From positions 817 through 64,816 of the forward strand of contig DBOL01000025.1 of the NCBI GenBank assembly GCA_002299555.1: a stretch of 64,000 nt of DNA, in the 5' to 3' direction. The position numbers were made by a program, and so were the translations under genes. Of the stretch, positions 38,807 through 48,555 are shown piece after piece. The stretch is from Candidatus Aminicenantes bacterium UBA647 (GTDB lineage: Bacteria > Acidobacteriota > Aminicenantia > UBA2199). The first letter of the stretch is position 1. Each line of letters opens with the position of its first letter. The notes below the pieces were generated by a model. It had not been told where the DNA came from and did no database searches. It saw only the letters and a list, made by a program, of their open reading frames with translations.

Positions 38807-41800
38807 TTATTTAAAATATTCTATTCCAGACTCAAATATCTTCTGAAATTTGTTTCCGGGAATGTTTTTAAAAGTACCGTAAGTCACCCTCTCCGAGTGT
38901 CCCATTTTCCCTAATATCCGGCCATCCGGGCTAGTCATTCCTTCTACCGCATAGTCTGAACCATTAGGGTTGAATTTGATATCATAAGTTAGATTACCAT
39001 CAGGATCGGTATATTGTGTCGCGATCTGTCCGCTTGTCTCCAATTGCATTATCAAATTATCATCTGCAGAAAAACGCCCTTCACCATGTGAAACAGGAAT
39101 AGTATGTATGTCCCCGACTTCAGACCGGAGGAACCAGGGAGACAGAACAGATGTTACTCTTGTGTTGACCATTGTTGAAACATGGCGCCCGAGTGAATTA
39201 AACGTAAGAGTAGGTGAATCCTCGTTCAGATCTCTTATTTCTCCATACGGGAGTAGTCCCAATTTGATCAATGCCTGAAAACCATTACAAATCCCCAACA
39301 TCAATCCACCCCTTTTATCAATTAGTCCGGAAACAGCTTCATTTACATGTGGATTCCGGAATACTGCGGCTATAAATTTCCCGGAACCATCCGGTTCATC
39401 TCCTGCGGAAAAACCGCCGGGAATCGATATAATCTGGGAGTTGTCAATAGCATCAGTAAGCCTGGCAATAGAGATTTTAATATTTTCAGCATTCAGGTTA
39501 TTAAAAACGAGTATCTCTGCAATACCACCTGCCCTCTCAAATGCTCTGGCAGTATCATATTCACAATTCGTTCCGGGAAAAACAGGTATAACGATCCTGG
39601 GCTTCCCGAATTTCGAAATAGTTTTTACAGTTCCTCTTTTTGTGTACAATCTTGTTTCCGGACTCTCTTTCTTTGACGAGATCATTGTAGGAAATACTTT
39701 TTCAAGTGTTACTCCGGAAACATTTATCAGATCTTCAACATTTAAACTTTCCTCTCCGGATTCAATAACCCCTGTGTTTGTCACTTTCCCCAATAGTTTA
39801 CAATTTCCCGGATCATGATCGAGATCCCCTTCAACTTCAAAGATTATCGATCCATAGTCAGGAGAAAATAATTTTTCATGTTCAATATCCTTTTCAAATC
39901 TGAACCCCTTTTTATTTCCTTTACACATTCTGAACAATGAGTATGCGACCCCGCCTTCACCTACACTTGCAGCGGAGACGATCTTCCCCTTCTTTATCTG
40001 CTTATTTATATATTTGTACCCTTCTTTTAAGCATTTATAGTCTGGCATTTCAAATATATCTCTTTCACACTTGAACAGGTAGACCTGGTTCTTTCCATTT
40101 TTAAATTCAGGAGAAATTATATCTTTTACATCTGCTGTTTCTACTGCAAAAGTGATCAAAGTAGGAGGCACATTCAAATCCATGAATGATCCTGACATAC
40201 TGTCCTTCCCCCCTATTGCAGCAATACCGAAATGGCGATGAGCCGTGAACGCACCTGTAAGAGCTGAAAATGGTTTTCCCCATTTCGCCGGGTCCTTTCC
40301 TAATTTTTCAAAATATTCCTGCAACGATGTCCTTATTCCTGAGAAATCCCCTCCGGTTGCAACGATTTTTGAGATTGCCTCCACTACAGAATAATAAGCT
40401 CCATGAAACGGACTCCACGATGATAGCCTGGGGTTGAATCCAAAACTCATAAGTGTCGCTGTCGTTGTCTCACCATTCAATACGGGAATCTTTGCCGCCA
40501 TTGCATCAATATCTGTGTTCTCATATCTCCCGCCCAACGGCATCAATACAGTACCCGCACCTATGGTACTGTCAAACCTCTCGATCAGCCCTTTCTGACT
40601 TCCACGATTGAGATCCGACAGCATATTGATCCATGTACTCCTGGAAAACCCGTTTTTCTGACTCAGGTCATATTTCCTGAAATAATTATCCTTTTCTTCA
40701 GGTGGATCAACAAAAACAGATGTAGACTGTCTGACTCCGTTAGAATCAAGAAACTGTCTCCCGATATCTACGATAAGATCTCCTCTCCAATACATCTTCA
40801 ATCTGTTTTCATCAGTAACTTCCGCTATCTGAACAGCAATAAGATTCTCATCTTCAGCAAATTCAAGTGCCTTCTTTACGTCTTCACTTTTTATGACTAC
40901 AGCCATCCGCTCCTGAGATTCTGAAAGTGCAAGTTCTGTACCGTCAAGACCTTCATATTTTTTTGGAACTTTGTCCAGATCTATCCTCAAGCCCGAAGCC
41001 AGTTCACCGATCGCAACTGAAACTCCTCCTGCACCAAAATCATTTGATTTTTTTATAAGTCTTGTAAAACCTGGTTCACGAAACAGCCTCTGCAACTTCC
41101 TCTCTTCAGGTGGATTTCCCTTTTGTACTTCTGCTCCTGCTGTAATGATCGAACTTTCATCATGTCCCTTCGATGATCCTGTAGCACCACCAATTCCATC
41201 CCGCCCGGTTTTCCCGCCAATCAGAAGGATCACATCTCCTTTTTCCGGTTCCTCTCTTACAACATTCTCTTTAGGAACCGCACCGACCACTGCACCGACC
41301 TCCATCCTTTTCGCTACATAACCATCATCATATATTTCAAATACTTTACCTGTTGCCAATCCGATCTGATTCCCATATGAGCTATAGCCTCTGGCCGCTT
41401 CAGTAGTGATCTTTCGCTGAGGCAATTTCCCCGGGATCGTTTCAGAAACACTCTTTCTGGGATCACCTGACCCGGTTACCCTCATCGCCTGATAAACATA
41501 TGACCTGCCGGAGAGTGGATCACGAATTGCGCCTCCTAGGCAGGTCGCAGCTCCCCCGAAGGGTTCTATTTCCGTGGGATGATTATGGGTCTCATTCTTG
41601 AACATTATAAGCCATCTTTCTCTATTACCATCTACAATAACATCTCTCTCAATACTACAGGCGTTTATTTCACCGGAGATCTCCATGTCATCCAGCAACC
41701 CATCCGCCCTGAGCTCTTTCATACTCAGAGTTGCAATAGACATCAGTGTTAACTTTCTCTCTTTACCACTATAGACCTTGCTGAAAGATCTAAGCAGATC

Positions 41801-42565
41801 GTCATAACTATTCTTTACAGGTTCGTTAAAATGGCCCGACCCGATCTTCACTTTCTCAATCTCTGTCTCGAAAGTTGTATGCCTGCAATGGTCAGACCAA
41901 TATGTATCAAGGATCTTTATTTCTGTTATTGTAGGATCTCTCTTCTCTTCCTCTGAAAAATATTCTCTGGTGAAAATAATATCATCAAGCGACATTGCCA
42001 GTCCATTGGTCTTTCTGAACTCGTCAAGTTCAACATCCCCCATTATTCTGAATGAATCAATGATCTTTATATTTTCCGGTTTTCTGAATGACCTTGCCAG
42101 ACTTTCAGGCTTTTCAAATGCTGCCTCCCTGGAATCAACAGGGTTTATCAGATATTTTTTTATTTTTTTTAATTCTTTACCGTCCGGAATGCCGGTGAAA
42201 ACATAGATCCTTGCTGTCAGAACAACAGGCCTCTCCTGAAGAGTTATTATCTGGATAGCTTGTGATGCAGAGTCTCCCCGCTGGTCATACTGGCCGGGAA
42301 GATATTCAACACCAAGCATAGATTCGGCCTCTTTAAGTTCAAGTTGTTCAAAATGGACAATATCAACCGGAGGCTCTGAAAAAACCTGTGTAACTGCATT
42401 GGAAAATTCTTCATCTATAAGTCCTGACACATCATATCTGGAAATTATCCTGAGTGAATTCAGGTTCTCGATCTCAAGATTTTCTCTAATATCATTTAAA
42501 AGATTTTGAGACTCTGTATCATATCCTGATTTTTTTTCTACAAATATCCTTCTCACTTCCGGCAT
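38807..42565 (-). CDS. purL: Phosphoribosylformylglycinamidine synthase, single-chain large form
   Basis: 1252 aa. It contains the ETHNHPT block, AIR-synthase-like duplicated domains, and a C-terminal glutaminase with GICNGFQ and the catalytic HGEGR. Confidence 0.95.
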   Translation of the reverse strand: MPEVRRIFVEKKSGYDTESQNLLNDIRENLEIENLNSLRIISRYDVSGLIDEEFSNAVTQVFSEPPVDIVHFEQLELKEAESMLGVEYLPGQYDQRGDSASQAIQIITLQERPVVLTARIYVFTGIPDGKELKKIKKYLINPVDSREAAFEKPESLARSFRKPENIKIIDSFRIMGDVELDEFRKTNGLAMSLDDIIFTREYFSEEEKRDPTITEIKILDTYWSDHCRHTTFETEIEKVKIGSGHFNEPVKNSYDDLLRSFSKVYSGKERKLTLMSIATLSMKELRADGLLDDMEISGEINACSIERDVIVDGNRERWLIMFKNETHNHPTEIEPFGGAATCLGGAIRDPLSGRSYVYQAMRVTGSGDPRKSVSETIPGKLPQRKITTEAARGYSSYGNQIGLATGKVFEIYDDGYVAKRMEVGAVVGAVPKENVVREEPEKGDVILLIGGKTGRDGIGGATGSSKGHDESSIITAGAEVQKGNPPEERKLQRLFREPGFTRLIKKSNDFGAGGVSVAIGELASGLRIDLDKVPKKYEGLDGTELALSESQERMAVVIKSEDVKKALEFAEDENLIAVQIAEVTDENRLKMYWRGDLIVDIGRQFLDSNGVRQSTSVFVDPPEEKDNYFRKYDLSQKNGFSRSTWINMLSDLNRGSQKGLIERFDSTIGAGTVLMPLGGRYENTDIDAMAAKIPVLNGETTTATLMSFGFNPRLSSWSPFHGAYYSVVEAISKIVATGGDFSGIRTSLQEYFEKLGKDPAKWGKPFSALTGAFTAHRHFGIAAIGGKDSMSGSFMDLNVPPTLITFAVETADVKDIISPEFKNGKNQVYLFKCERDIFEMPDYKCLKEGYKYINKQIKKGKIVSAASVGEGGVAYSLFRMCKGNKKGFRFEKDIEHEKLFSPDYGSIIFEVEGDLDHDPGNCKLLGKVTNTGVIESGEESLNVEDLINVSGVTLEKVFPTMISSKKESPETRLYTKRGTVKTISKFGKPRIVIPVFPGTNCEYDTARAFERAGGIAEILVFNNLNAENIKISIARLTDAIDNSQIISIPGGFSAGDEPDGSGKFIAAVFRNPHVNEAVSGLIDKRGGLMLGICNGFQALIKLGLLPYGEIRDLNEDSPTLTFNSLGRHVSTMVNTRVTSVLSPWFLRSEVGDIHTIPVSHGEGRFSADDNLIMQLETSGQIATQYTDPDGNLTYDIKFNPNGSDYAVEGMTSPDGRILGKMGHSERVTYGTFKNIPGNKFQKIFESGIEYFK

Positions 42566-42614
42566 GGGTTCCCTCTGATAAAATTATACCACAGGGCTTC
42601 AATTTTAACATTCT

Positions 42615-43478
42615 CTAACTACCGTCCCATCCGGAGATTCTGGCCATCAGCCACCAGAAAGCTTTCCCTTTGTTTTCACAGCTTTTATAAGTAGTATGAC
42701 CTGCTTCATCTCCATTATATTCAGGATGCTCAAGTGGGATTCCATTCTCCATGTGCTGTTCTCCGTTGTACCAGCAGTCAAGATCAGCAAAATCAAAAAG
42801 TACTTTGTTATTATCCCTGCAATATTGCCGGATCTGTTCATTCCGGTCATACCTGTTCCTGTCATTGGATTGAGCATTTCCCGTCATATAGACAAAAATA
42901 ACATCAGGATATTCTTCCTCAAGTTCAGATATATTCTGAAGATAATTCTCAACTTCAGAGGAGGAATAATAGTCCATTTGAGAGCACCAGGCAAAGATGC
43001 TCACATTAGCATTGTGAGTATTCAGCATATTCCTGGTCAAACCCAAACCCTCGGAAGATTCCCAGTACAGGCCGGGTGAAACATAAGTTTCGCAATAACC
43101 CGAATAGGATTGTCCATCCATTAGAGACAGATATTCTGTTGTATCAGGCATTGTGCAATTATCAGGATAATAATTATATTTCTGACTTTTTTGTATTGAT
43201 CCGGAAAAACTTCCACTCATCAGCCTTTCAAGGCCTGTTTTTATTTGACTGCCGTGAGAGGTATGACAATAATGGACATTTATTATTTCTTTCACTTTAT
43301 CGATCCATTCATCAGGTATTGAGGCCAGATCATTGGACGTATGATCAGCAATTATTGCTACAGTATCACCGGGAAGTTCACCACTGTTATTATCTGCGGC
43401 CGGAGCTTCATCGACACTGCAATTTGTAACAGGAATAATCAATATAAAAATTAGAATGAAAAAATATATGAATTTCAT
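42615..43478 (-). CDS. Hypothetical lipoprotein rich in Cys/Tyr/Trp
   Basis: Signal peptide with lipobox-like VTNC and GGAG upstream. 287 aa. I recognise no motif. It lies between purL and purB. Confidence 0.5.
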   Translation of the reverse strand: MKFIYFFILIFILIIPVTNCSVDEAPAADNNSGELPGDTVAIIADHTSNDLASIPDEWIDKVKEIINVHYCHTSHGSQIKTGLERLMSGSFSGSIQKSQKYNYYPDNCTMPDTTEYLSLMDGQSYSGYCETYVSPGLYWESSEGLGLTRNMLNTHNANVSIFAWCSQMDYYSSSEVENYLQNISELEEEYPDVIFVYMTGNAQSNDRNRYDRNEQIRQYCRDNNKVLFDFADLDCWYNGEQHMENGIPLEHPEYNGDEAGHTTYKSCENKGKAFWWLMARISGWDGS

Positions 43479-43531
43479 GAGATCTCCTCCGAGAATTAAA
43501 TAAATATCCCGGAAAAATCTCTCAAATAAAA

Positions 43532-44830
43532 TTAAAGATCTTTCCTGAACCTGTCAAAGATCTTATCTATACCCGACATCATGGCTTTTTCTGAGAAAGC
43601 CTCCTCGAGTTCTTCTTTAGAACAAAGTTCGTTTATATTGTCATCATTCATTATCAACTCTCTGAAACCTGATTTTTCTGTCCATGATCTCATGGCATTA
43701 TCCTGAACAAGTTCATATACTTTTTGCCGTGGTATCCCTTTTTCCAGCAATAGTGTCAATACTCTTTGTGAATAATACACTTCATTTGTAATATCGAGAT
43801 TCCTCTTAACATTTTCAGGATAAACAACAAGACCTTCAAGGACAAATTTTATATCATCGGTCATAAGGTCAACAAGGTGGAATGAATCAGGGAAGATCAC
43901 CCTCTCCGCTGAGGAGTGGGAAATATCTCTTTCATGCCAGAGGACGTTATTTTCCATTGCCACCGAGAGATTTCCCCGGAGAATTCTGGCAAAGCCCGAA
44001 ATCCTCTCGCATTTTACCGGATTTCTTTTATGTGGCATTGAGGAAGAACCTTTCTGCCCCTTAGTGAATGGTTCTTCCGCTTCAAGAACATCTGTCCTCT
44101 GAAGGTGTCTTATCTCAACTGCGATCTTTTCAAATGCACTTCCAAGAGATGCAATAGCAAACATCACTTCCATGTGCCTGTCCCTCTGAATTATTTGAGT
44201 AGAAACTTTGCAGGGCTTCAGGTCAAGTTTTTTCAATGCTTTATCTTCACCTTCAGGAGGGAAATGTATATATGTCCCGACAGAGCCTGATATCTTCCCT
44301 ACTGAAATTGTATCCAGAGCCTTTTTCAGCCTTTCAATATTTCTGATCAATTCTTCGTACCAGATAAGATATTTTATCCCGAAAACAACCGGCTCTGCAT
44401 GGATCCCATGAGTCCTTCCAATTGACACAAGATCCTTATATTTAAAAGCTCCGCTCAGCATTGTTTTTTTCAGGGATTCACATTTACTGATTATATTTTC
44501 GAGAGATTCTCTCATAAGAAGTGAGAGAGCAGTATCGACTACATCATATGAAGTTATTCCTTTGTGAACATAAGCAGAATCCTGTCCGATCGACTCCTCA
44601 ACAGAAGTTAGAAAAGCGATCACATCATGTTTTACCCGCTTTTCTATCTCATCTATCCTCGCAATATCAAACGAAGCATTCTCCCTGATATTCTTCATGC
44701 TTGCATCAGGTACTTCCCCCCATCCGTGCCAGACCTCGGTGATAGCTATCTCAACATCAAGCCACTTTCTGAATTTGTTTTCGGGACTCCATATCTTCTT
44801 TATCACATCCGATTCATATCTTTCTATCAT
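43532..44830 (-). CDS. purB: Adenylosuccinate lyase
   Basis: Fumarate-lyase signature SSSMPHKRNP. Size is 432 aa, with PurB-type N- and C-termini. Confidence 0.95.
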   Translation of the reverse strand: MIERYESDVIKKIWSPENKFRKWLDVEIAITEVWHGWGEVPDASMKNIRENASFDIARIDEIEKRVKHDVIAFLTSVEESIGQDSAYVHKGITSYDVVDTALSLLMRESLENIISKCESLKKTMLSGAFKYKDLVSIGRTHGIHAEPVVFGIKYLIWYEELIRNIERLKKALDTISVGKISGSVGTYIHFPPEGEDKALKKLDLKPCKVSTQIIQRDRHMEVMFAIASLGSAFEKIAVEIRHLQRTDVLEAEEPFTKGQKGSSSMPHKRNPVKCERISGFARILRGNLSVAMENNVLWHERDISHSSAERVIFPDSFHLVDLMTDDIKFVLEGLVVYPENVKRNLDITNEVYYSQRVLTLLLEKGIPRQKVYELVQDNAMRSWTEKSGFRELIMNDDNINELCSKEELEEAFSEKAMMSGIDKIFDRFRKDL

Positions 44831-44856
44831 AATGCCCCCGGTAATTCAGAAAAAAA

Positions 44857-46017
44857 TTATTTAGCTTCTACCTTTGAGAGTGCTTCTCCGACAAGCTCAT
44901 CATATTTTTTAAGCGAATAGTTTTTATTACAAAATTTAACGGCATTCTCTGAAATAGTTTTACCTTTCGCAGATGCCGCCACCCTGATCCCATCTGCAAA
45001 ATCTTCTGCTTCCGGGTTTCTCAGGATCGCTATATCATGCGTAATACTCTGGGTATGAGTATATAGGTTTGTTGCAACAAGAGGGACACCGCTTTTAAGA
45101 TATGAATAAACTTTTAATGGAATATTCGTTCCGAGGATCCTGGGAGAAACAAGAATGTCAGAAATGTTCAGAAAATATGGGATATCCTCAGGAGCTTTGG
45201 TGCCCAGAAGGATCACTTTGTCCTCAAGGCCTCTCTCTTTTACTTCCGCTACTATATTCTGCACCTGAGCCGGCTTCCCACCGATCAGTACTAATTTGAA
45301 TTTATCATCAAGTATATCCATGCAGTCAAGAAGGAGAGGAATCCCCTGATATGTTTCAAGAGTACCTGCATATGTAATAATCTTCTTCCCTTCCGCATTC
45401 ACCTCTTTTTTAATTTTTTTCAACTTTGATCTATCAAGCTTTTCAGGAGTTTCATCAATAAAATTCTCAATTATCGTTAATTTTTTATTCCCGGTAATAG
45501 TTGATGCATAATCATAAAGTGCTTTACAGATAACAATAACTGATCTTGCATTGTTCAGGGATATCTTCTCTGTCTTCCTGAAGATAGAAGTGATAAATTT
45601 TGACTTTGTGAACTTGAAATTTTCCATCTGCTGCACCAGTGAGGAATGCATATCGTACAGATGGGGAGTACCTGTCATTCTGCTGAAGAGGGCACCCATT
45701 ATGTTGGCCTCTTCATGTGTATGTATCAAGTCATACTTTTTCCTGAATAACCTTCCTGCTGCTTTAAAAAATAGAAACAGATCAAGGAATATTTTTGCTG
45801 CTGAAGGCCCGGTCTTAACAGATTTCACAAAGGGTGGCTTCAAACATCTATAGATCTTCAGGCCTTTAATATCCTTGTCTTCACCAATCGGGTAGGTCAC
45901 AAGGTCGATCTCATGCCCCAATCTGGAGAGTGATCTTATTCTAAAATATTCTGAAAATGGAGTACCCCTGGGCTCGAAGAACGGCTCAGGTGCGATCATC
46001 AATATTTTCATCTTCAA
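44857..46017 (-). CDS. Glycosyltransferase family 4 (GT-B)
   Basis: N-terminal ILMIAPEPFFEPRGTP and HTHE blocks. The C-terminal GT1 domain has LVLIGG and VSPR....N.PLK motifs. Confidence 0.8.
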   Translation of the reverse strand: MKMKILMIAPEPFFEPRGTPFSEYFRIRSLSRLGHEIDLVTYPIGEDKDIKGLKIYRCLKPPFVKSVKTGPSAAKIFLDLFLFFKAAGRLFRKKYDLIHTHEEANIMGALFSRMTGTPHLYDMHSSLVQQMENFKFTKSKFITSIFRKTEKISLNNARSVIVICKALYDYASTITGNKKLTIIENFIDETPEKLDRSKLKKIKKEVNAEGKKIITYAGTLETYQGIPLLLDCMDILDDKFKLVLIGGKPAQVQNIVAEVKERGLEDKVILLGTKAPEDIPYFLNISDILVSPRILGTNIPLKVYSYLKSGVPLVATNLYTHTQSITHDIAILRNPEAEDFADGIRVAASAKGKTISENAVKFCNKNYSLKKYDELVGEALSKVEAK

Positions 46018-46960
46018 ATCCGTAAGTTTCTCTTATAGTATAAACGTTTTTGTTAAGTCCCTCATGATAAACCCTTGTCAACATTTCAGCCAGTAATCCC
46101 AGAGTTATTATCTGGAAACCCAGGAACAGAACTAATACTGTAAATGTCAGGAGCGGCCTGTCTGCAGATTTCCCAAGAAAATACTTCTCATAAGTAATAT
46201 ACAACCCTGTTAAAACCCCGGAACCCATCATGAACATCCCCAGGCTACCGAAGATCTGGAGAGGACGGTGAGAGAAAGAGAGGAGATATTTTATTGAGAT
46301 AAGATCTAGAATAACTCTGAAAGTCCTTCCAAGTCCGTACTTTGATTTTCCGAATCTCCTTTCACGGTGATTAACCTGGATCTCGATCGATTCAATACCG
46401 ATCCTCGATGCGATAGCAGGAATATACCGGTGCATTTCTCCATATAATTTAAGTGTTTTTACAACATCTTTTTTAAATCCTCTTAACGTGCATCCATAAT
46501 CATGAAGCTTCACTTTCGTTATAAATGAGACCAGTTTGTTTCCAAAAAAAGAGGGGATCTTTTTTGTCAGACTGTCCTTTCTCTTCTTTCTCCAGCCGTT
46601 AACAATATCAAATCCTTCATCCAATTTTGCAATTACATCAGGAATGTCCGCCGGGTCATTCTGAAGATCCGCATCCAGGGTTATTACATAGTCACCACTA
46701 CAAAGTTCAAAACCTGCTGATATTGCAGAACTCTGACCGAAATTTTTTCTAAAACTAATTATCCGGACAGATTTATCCTTTTCCCTTAACTTTTTTAATT
46801 TATTCAGGGAATTATCTGTACTTCCGTCATTTATAAATATGATCTCATATTTTTGTACAAACCCTTTCAATACTTTCTTTATTTCATCGAAAAGAATTGC
46901 AACATTTTCTTCCTCGTTATATACAGGTATAACAATTGATAGTGATCTATTTTTTTTCAT
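45986..46960 (-). CDS. Glycosyltransferase family 2, polyprenol-phosphate sugar transferase type (ArnC/DPM1-like) with two C-terminal TM helices
   Basis: LSIVIPVYNEEENV, INDGSTD, LDADLQNDP (the DxD motif) and two C-terminal TM segments. I prefer the start at MKKNRS (46960). Confidence 0.85.
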   Translation of the reverse strand: MKKNRSLSIVIPVYNEEENVAILFDEIKKVLKGFVQKYEIIFINDGSTDNSLNKLKKLREKDKSVRIISFRKNFGQSSAISAGFELCSGDYVITLDADLQNDPADIPDVIAKLDEGFDIVNGWRKKRKDSLTKKIPSFFGNKLVSFITKVKLHDYGCTLRGFKKDVVKTLKLYGEMHRYIPAIASRIGIESIEIQVNHRERRFGKSKYGLGRTFRVILDLISIKYLLSFSHRPLQIFGSLGMFMMGSGVLTGLYITYEKYFLGKSADRPLLTFTVLVLFLGFQIITLGLLAEMLTRVYHEGLNKNVYTIRETYGFEDENIDDRT

Positions 46961-47246
46961 CAATAAACTCCAATTCATTCAATTTTTTCATTACATCACC
47001 TGCATCAATCCCAGGCTTAAGCACAATATGAGAAAGGGGATTGAGTATCTTACCAATATTTATTCTGACCCAAATCCTTTCATGAAAAAAGTAGGCTATC
47101 AATTTTATGACCATATCAAGTGCACCAATTTCAAGTGCAACAGTAATTTCTCCTGTAAACATGTATGCAATGCTGAAAGTAATAGAAGTGGCAATTACCC
47201 TCCAGCTGATTGCTTTTGCAAGGCTTCTTGTGTTAGTTTCTCTCAT
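46947..47246 (-). CDS. DUF2061-domain membrane protein
   Basis: RSLAKAISWRVIATSITF....TGE......IG..D...K...YF.HERIW matches my memory of DUF2061. I prefer ATG 47246 to TTG 47300. Confidence 0.55.
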   Translation of the reverse strand: MRETNTRSLAKAISWRVIATSITFSIAYMFTGEITVALEIGALDMVIKLIAYFFHERIWVRINIGKILNPLSHIVLKPGIDAGDVMKKLNELEFIDEKK

Positions 47247-47391
47247 TAGATTTTCTCTGATTTTAAAAATGATTATACATTTTTTGTAAGTACTTTTCAA
47301 TAAAGATTCACTCTGTTCATTCAGAGAAATGTAAATCTCGTTATTGTATCTTTTTTTTTAAAAAAATAATATAATAGCCCGAGGAGATAGC

Positions 47392-47946
47392 ATGAGAGAT
47401 ATTGACGAATTAATCTTAAAATTAAAGATCGAGCTGGGCAAAGCAGTTCCAAAAGACAAATTCAGGATCGCAATAGATGCTATCGCTGATTTTTACATGT
47501 CAAATTATAAAATATCAAAAAATGAGATTGCACTTTTATTTGCAAATAAGCATAGGACAGTTCTCTTTTTTGCCCATCCATCTTACCTTATAAATGCAGG
47601 AATGATCCCTGTAAATCTCAGCGAAGCTATCGCATCAAGGATCTTCAGAAGCGGGAAGGGTTTTATAGATAACAATCTTCAGCAACAGAGACACCTTTTC
47701 ATTTTTGAGAGTATAAAAACACCTGACAACAAGATCATGCCGATCTGGAAAATGATCGCCTCGCGGATATCCCATTCTGACAATCATTTAGGTATTATAG
47801 AGATCTCAAAAAGATCTGTAGACTTTGCAGAAGCCGGAGAGGATTTTTCCCCCTCGGATCTGCATTTCCTTGAAGAATCAATAAAAAAAGTTGCCCCTTT
47901 GATCAGTGAAGTAATGCCTGATGATTTCAGGGGACAATTCAAATGA
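47392..47946 (+). CDS. Hypothetical protein, possibly GAF-like domain
   Basis: 184 aa with GAGGAG upstream. Its end overlaps the pyrE start by 4 nt (ATGA). The GAF assignment rests only on a loose pattern (..PIWKM....I......LGIIEISK..). Confidence 0.4.
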   Translation: MRDIDELILKLKIELGKAVPKDKFRIAIDAIADFYMSNYKISKNEIALLFANKHRTVLFFAHPSYLINAGMIPVNLSEAIASRIFRSGKGFIDNNLQQQRHLFIFESIKTPDNKIMPIWKMIASRISHSDNHLGIIEISKRSVDFAEAGEDFSPSDLHFLEESIKKVAPLISEVMPDDFRGQFK

Positions 47947-48476
47947 AAGCACGTCTAAAAGAAATCCTTTTAGAACTCTCCGTTATCACCGACAGAGAAT
48001 TTACTCTTGCTTCCGGGAAAAAAAGCAATTTTTATGTTGATGCAAGGATCACTACACTACATCCTGAGGGAGCATTTATAATCGGAAAAATTTTCCTTGA
48101 TATGCTCGAAAATATCGAAGTGGACTCCATTGGCGGCTATTCTATCGGTGCAGACCCTATAGTTTCATCTATTTCAGTTCGCAGCTTCATTGAAAAGAGG
48201 CCGATCCCTGCATTTATAATAAGAAAACAGGAAAAAACTTACGGCACCGGAAAGATAATTGAAGGGAATTTTAAAAAAGGGGACAGGGTAGTTATCTTTG
48301 ATGATGTTGTGACCTCTGGAGGATCGATCCTTAAAGGTGCTGCCGAAGTTGAAAAGGCAGGGGGGACAGTGTTAGGAGTTATGGCAGTTATAGATAGAGA
48401 AGATGGTGGCAGAGAGACAATTGAAACTGCCGGCTATCCTTTCAGTTCAATATTTACGAAGAGCGATCTGCTCTAA
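47943..48476 (+). CDS. pyrE: Orotate phosphoribosyltransferase
   Basis: PRPP-binding motif VVIFDDVVTSGGS. The N-terminal F.L.SG..S..Y.D pattern is present. Size is 177 aa. Confidence 0.9.
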   Translation: MKARLKEILLELSVITDREFTLASGKKSNFYVDARITTLHPEGAFIIGKIFLDMLENIEVDSIGGYSIGADPIVSSISVRSFIEKRPIPAFIIRKQEKTYGTGKIIEGNFKKGDRVVIFDDVVTSGGSILKGAAEVEKAGGTVLGVMAVIDREDGGRETIETAGYPFSSIFTKSDLL

Positions 48477-48492
48477 GATTAATTAAAAAAAA

Positions 48493-48526
48493 AAGGCGGC
48501 ATCAGAAACAATACCGCCTTTTTCTT
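48493..48526. terminator. Bidirectional rho-independent terminator between convergent pyrE and the cytochrome operon
   Basis: Stem AAGGCGG (48493-48499) pairs with CCGCCTT (48514-48520). It is flanked by an A-run upstream and a T-run downstream. Confidence 0.6.
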
Positions 48527-48555
48527 TATTGTAATAAACTTTTAACGTCTTTTTA

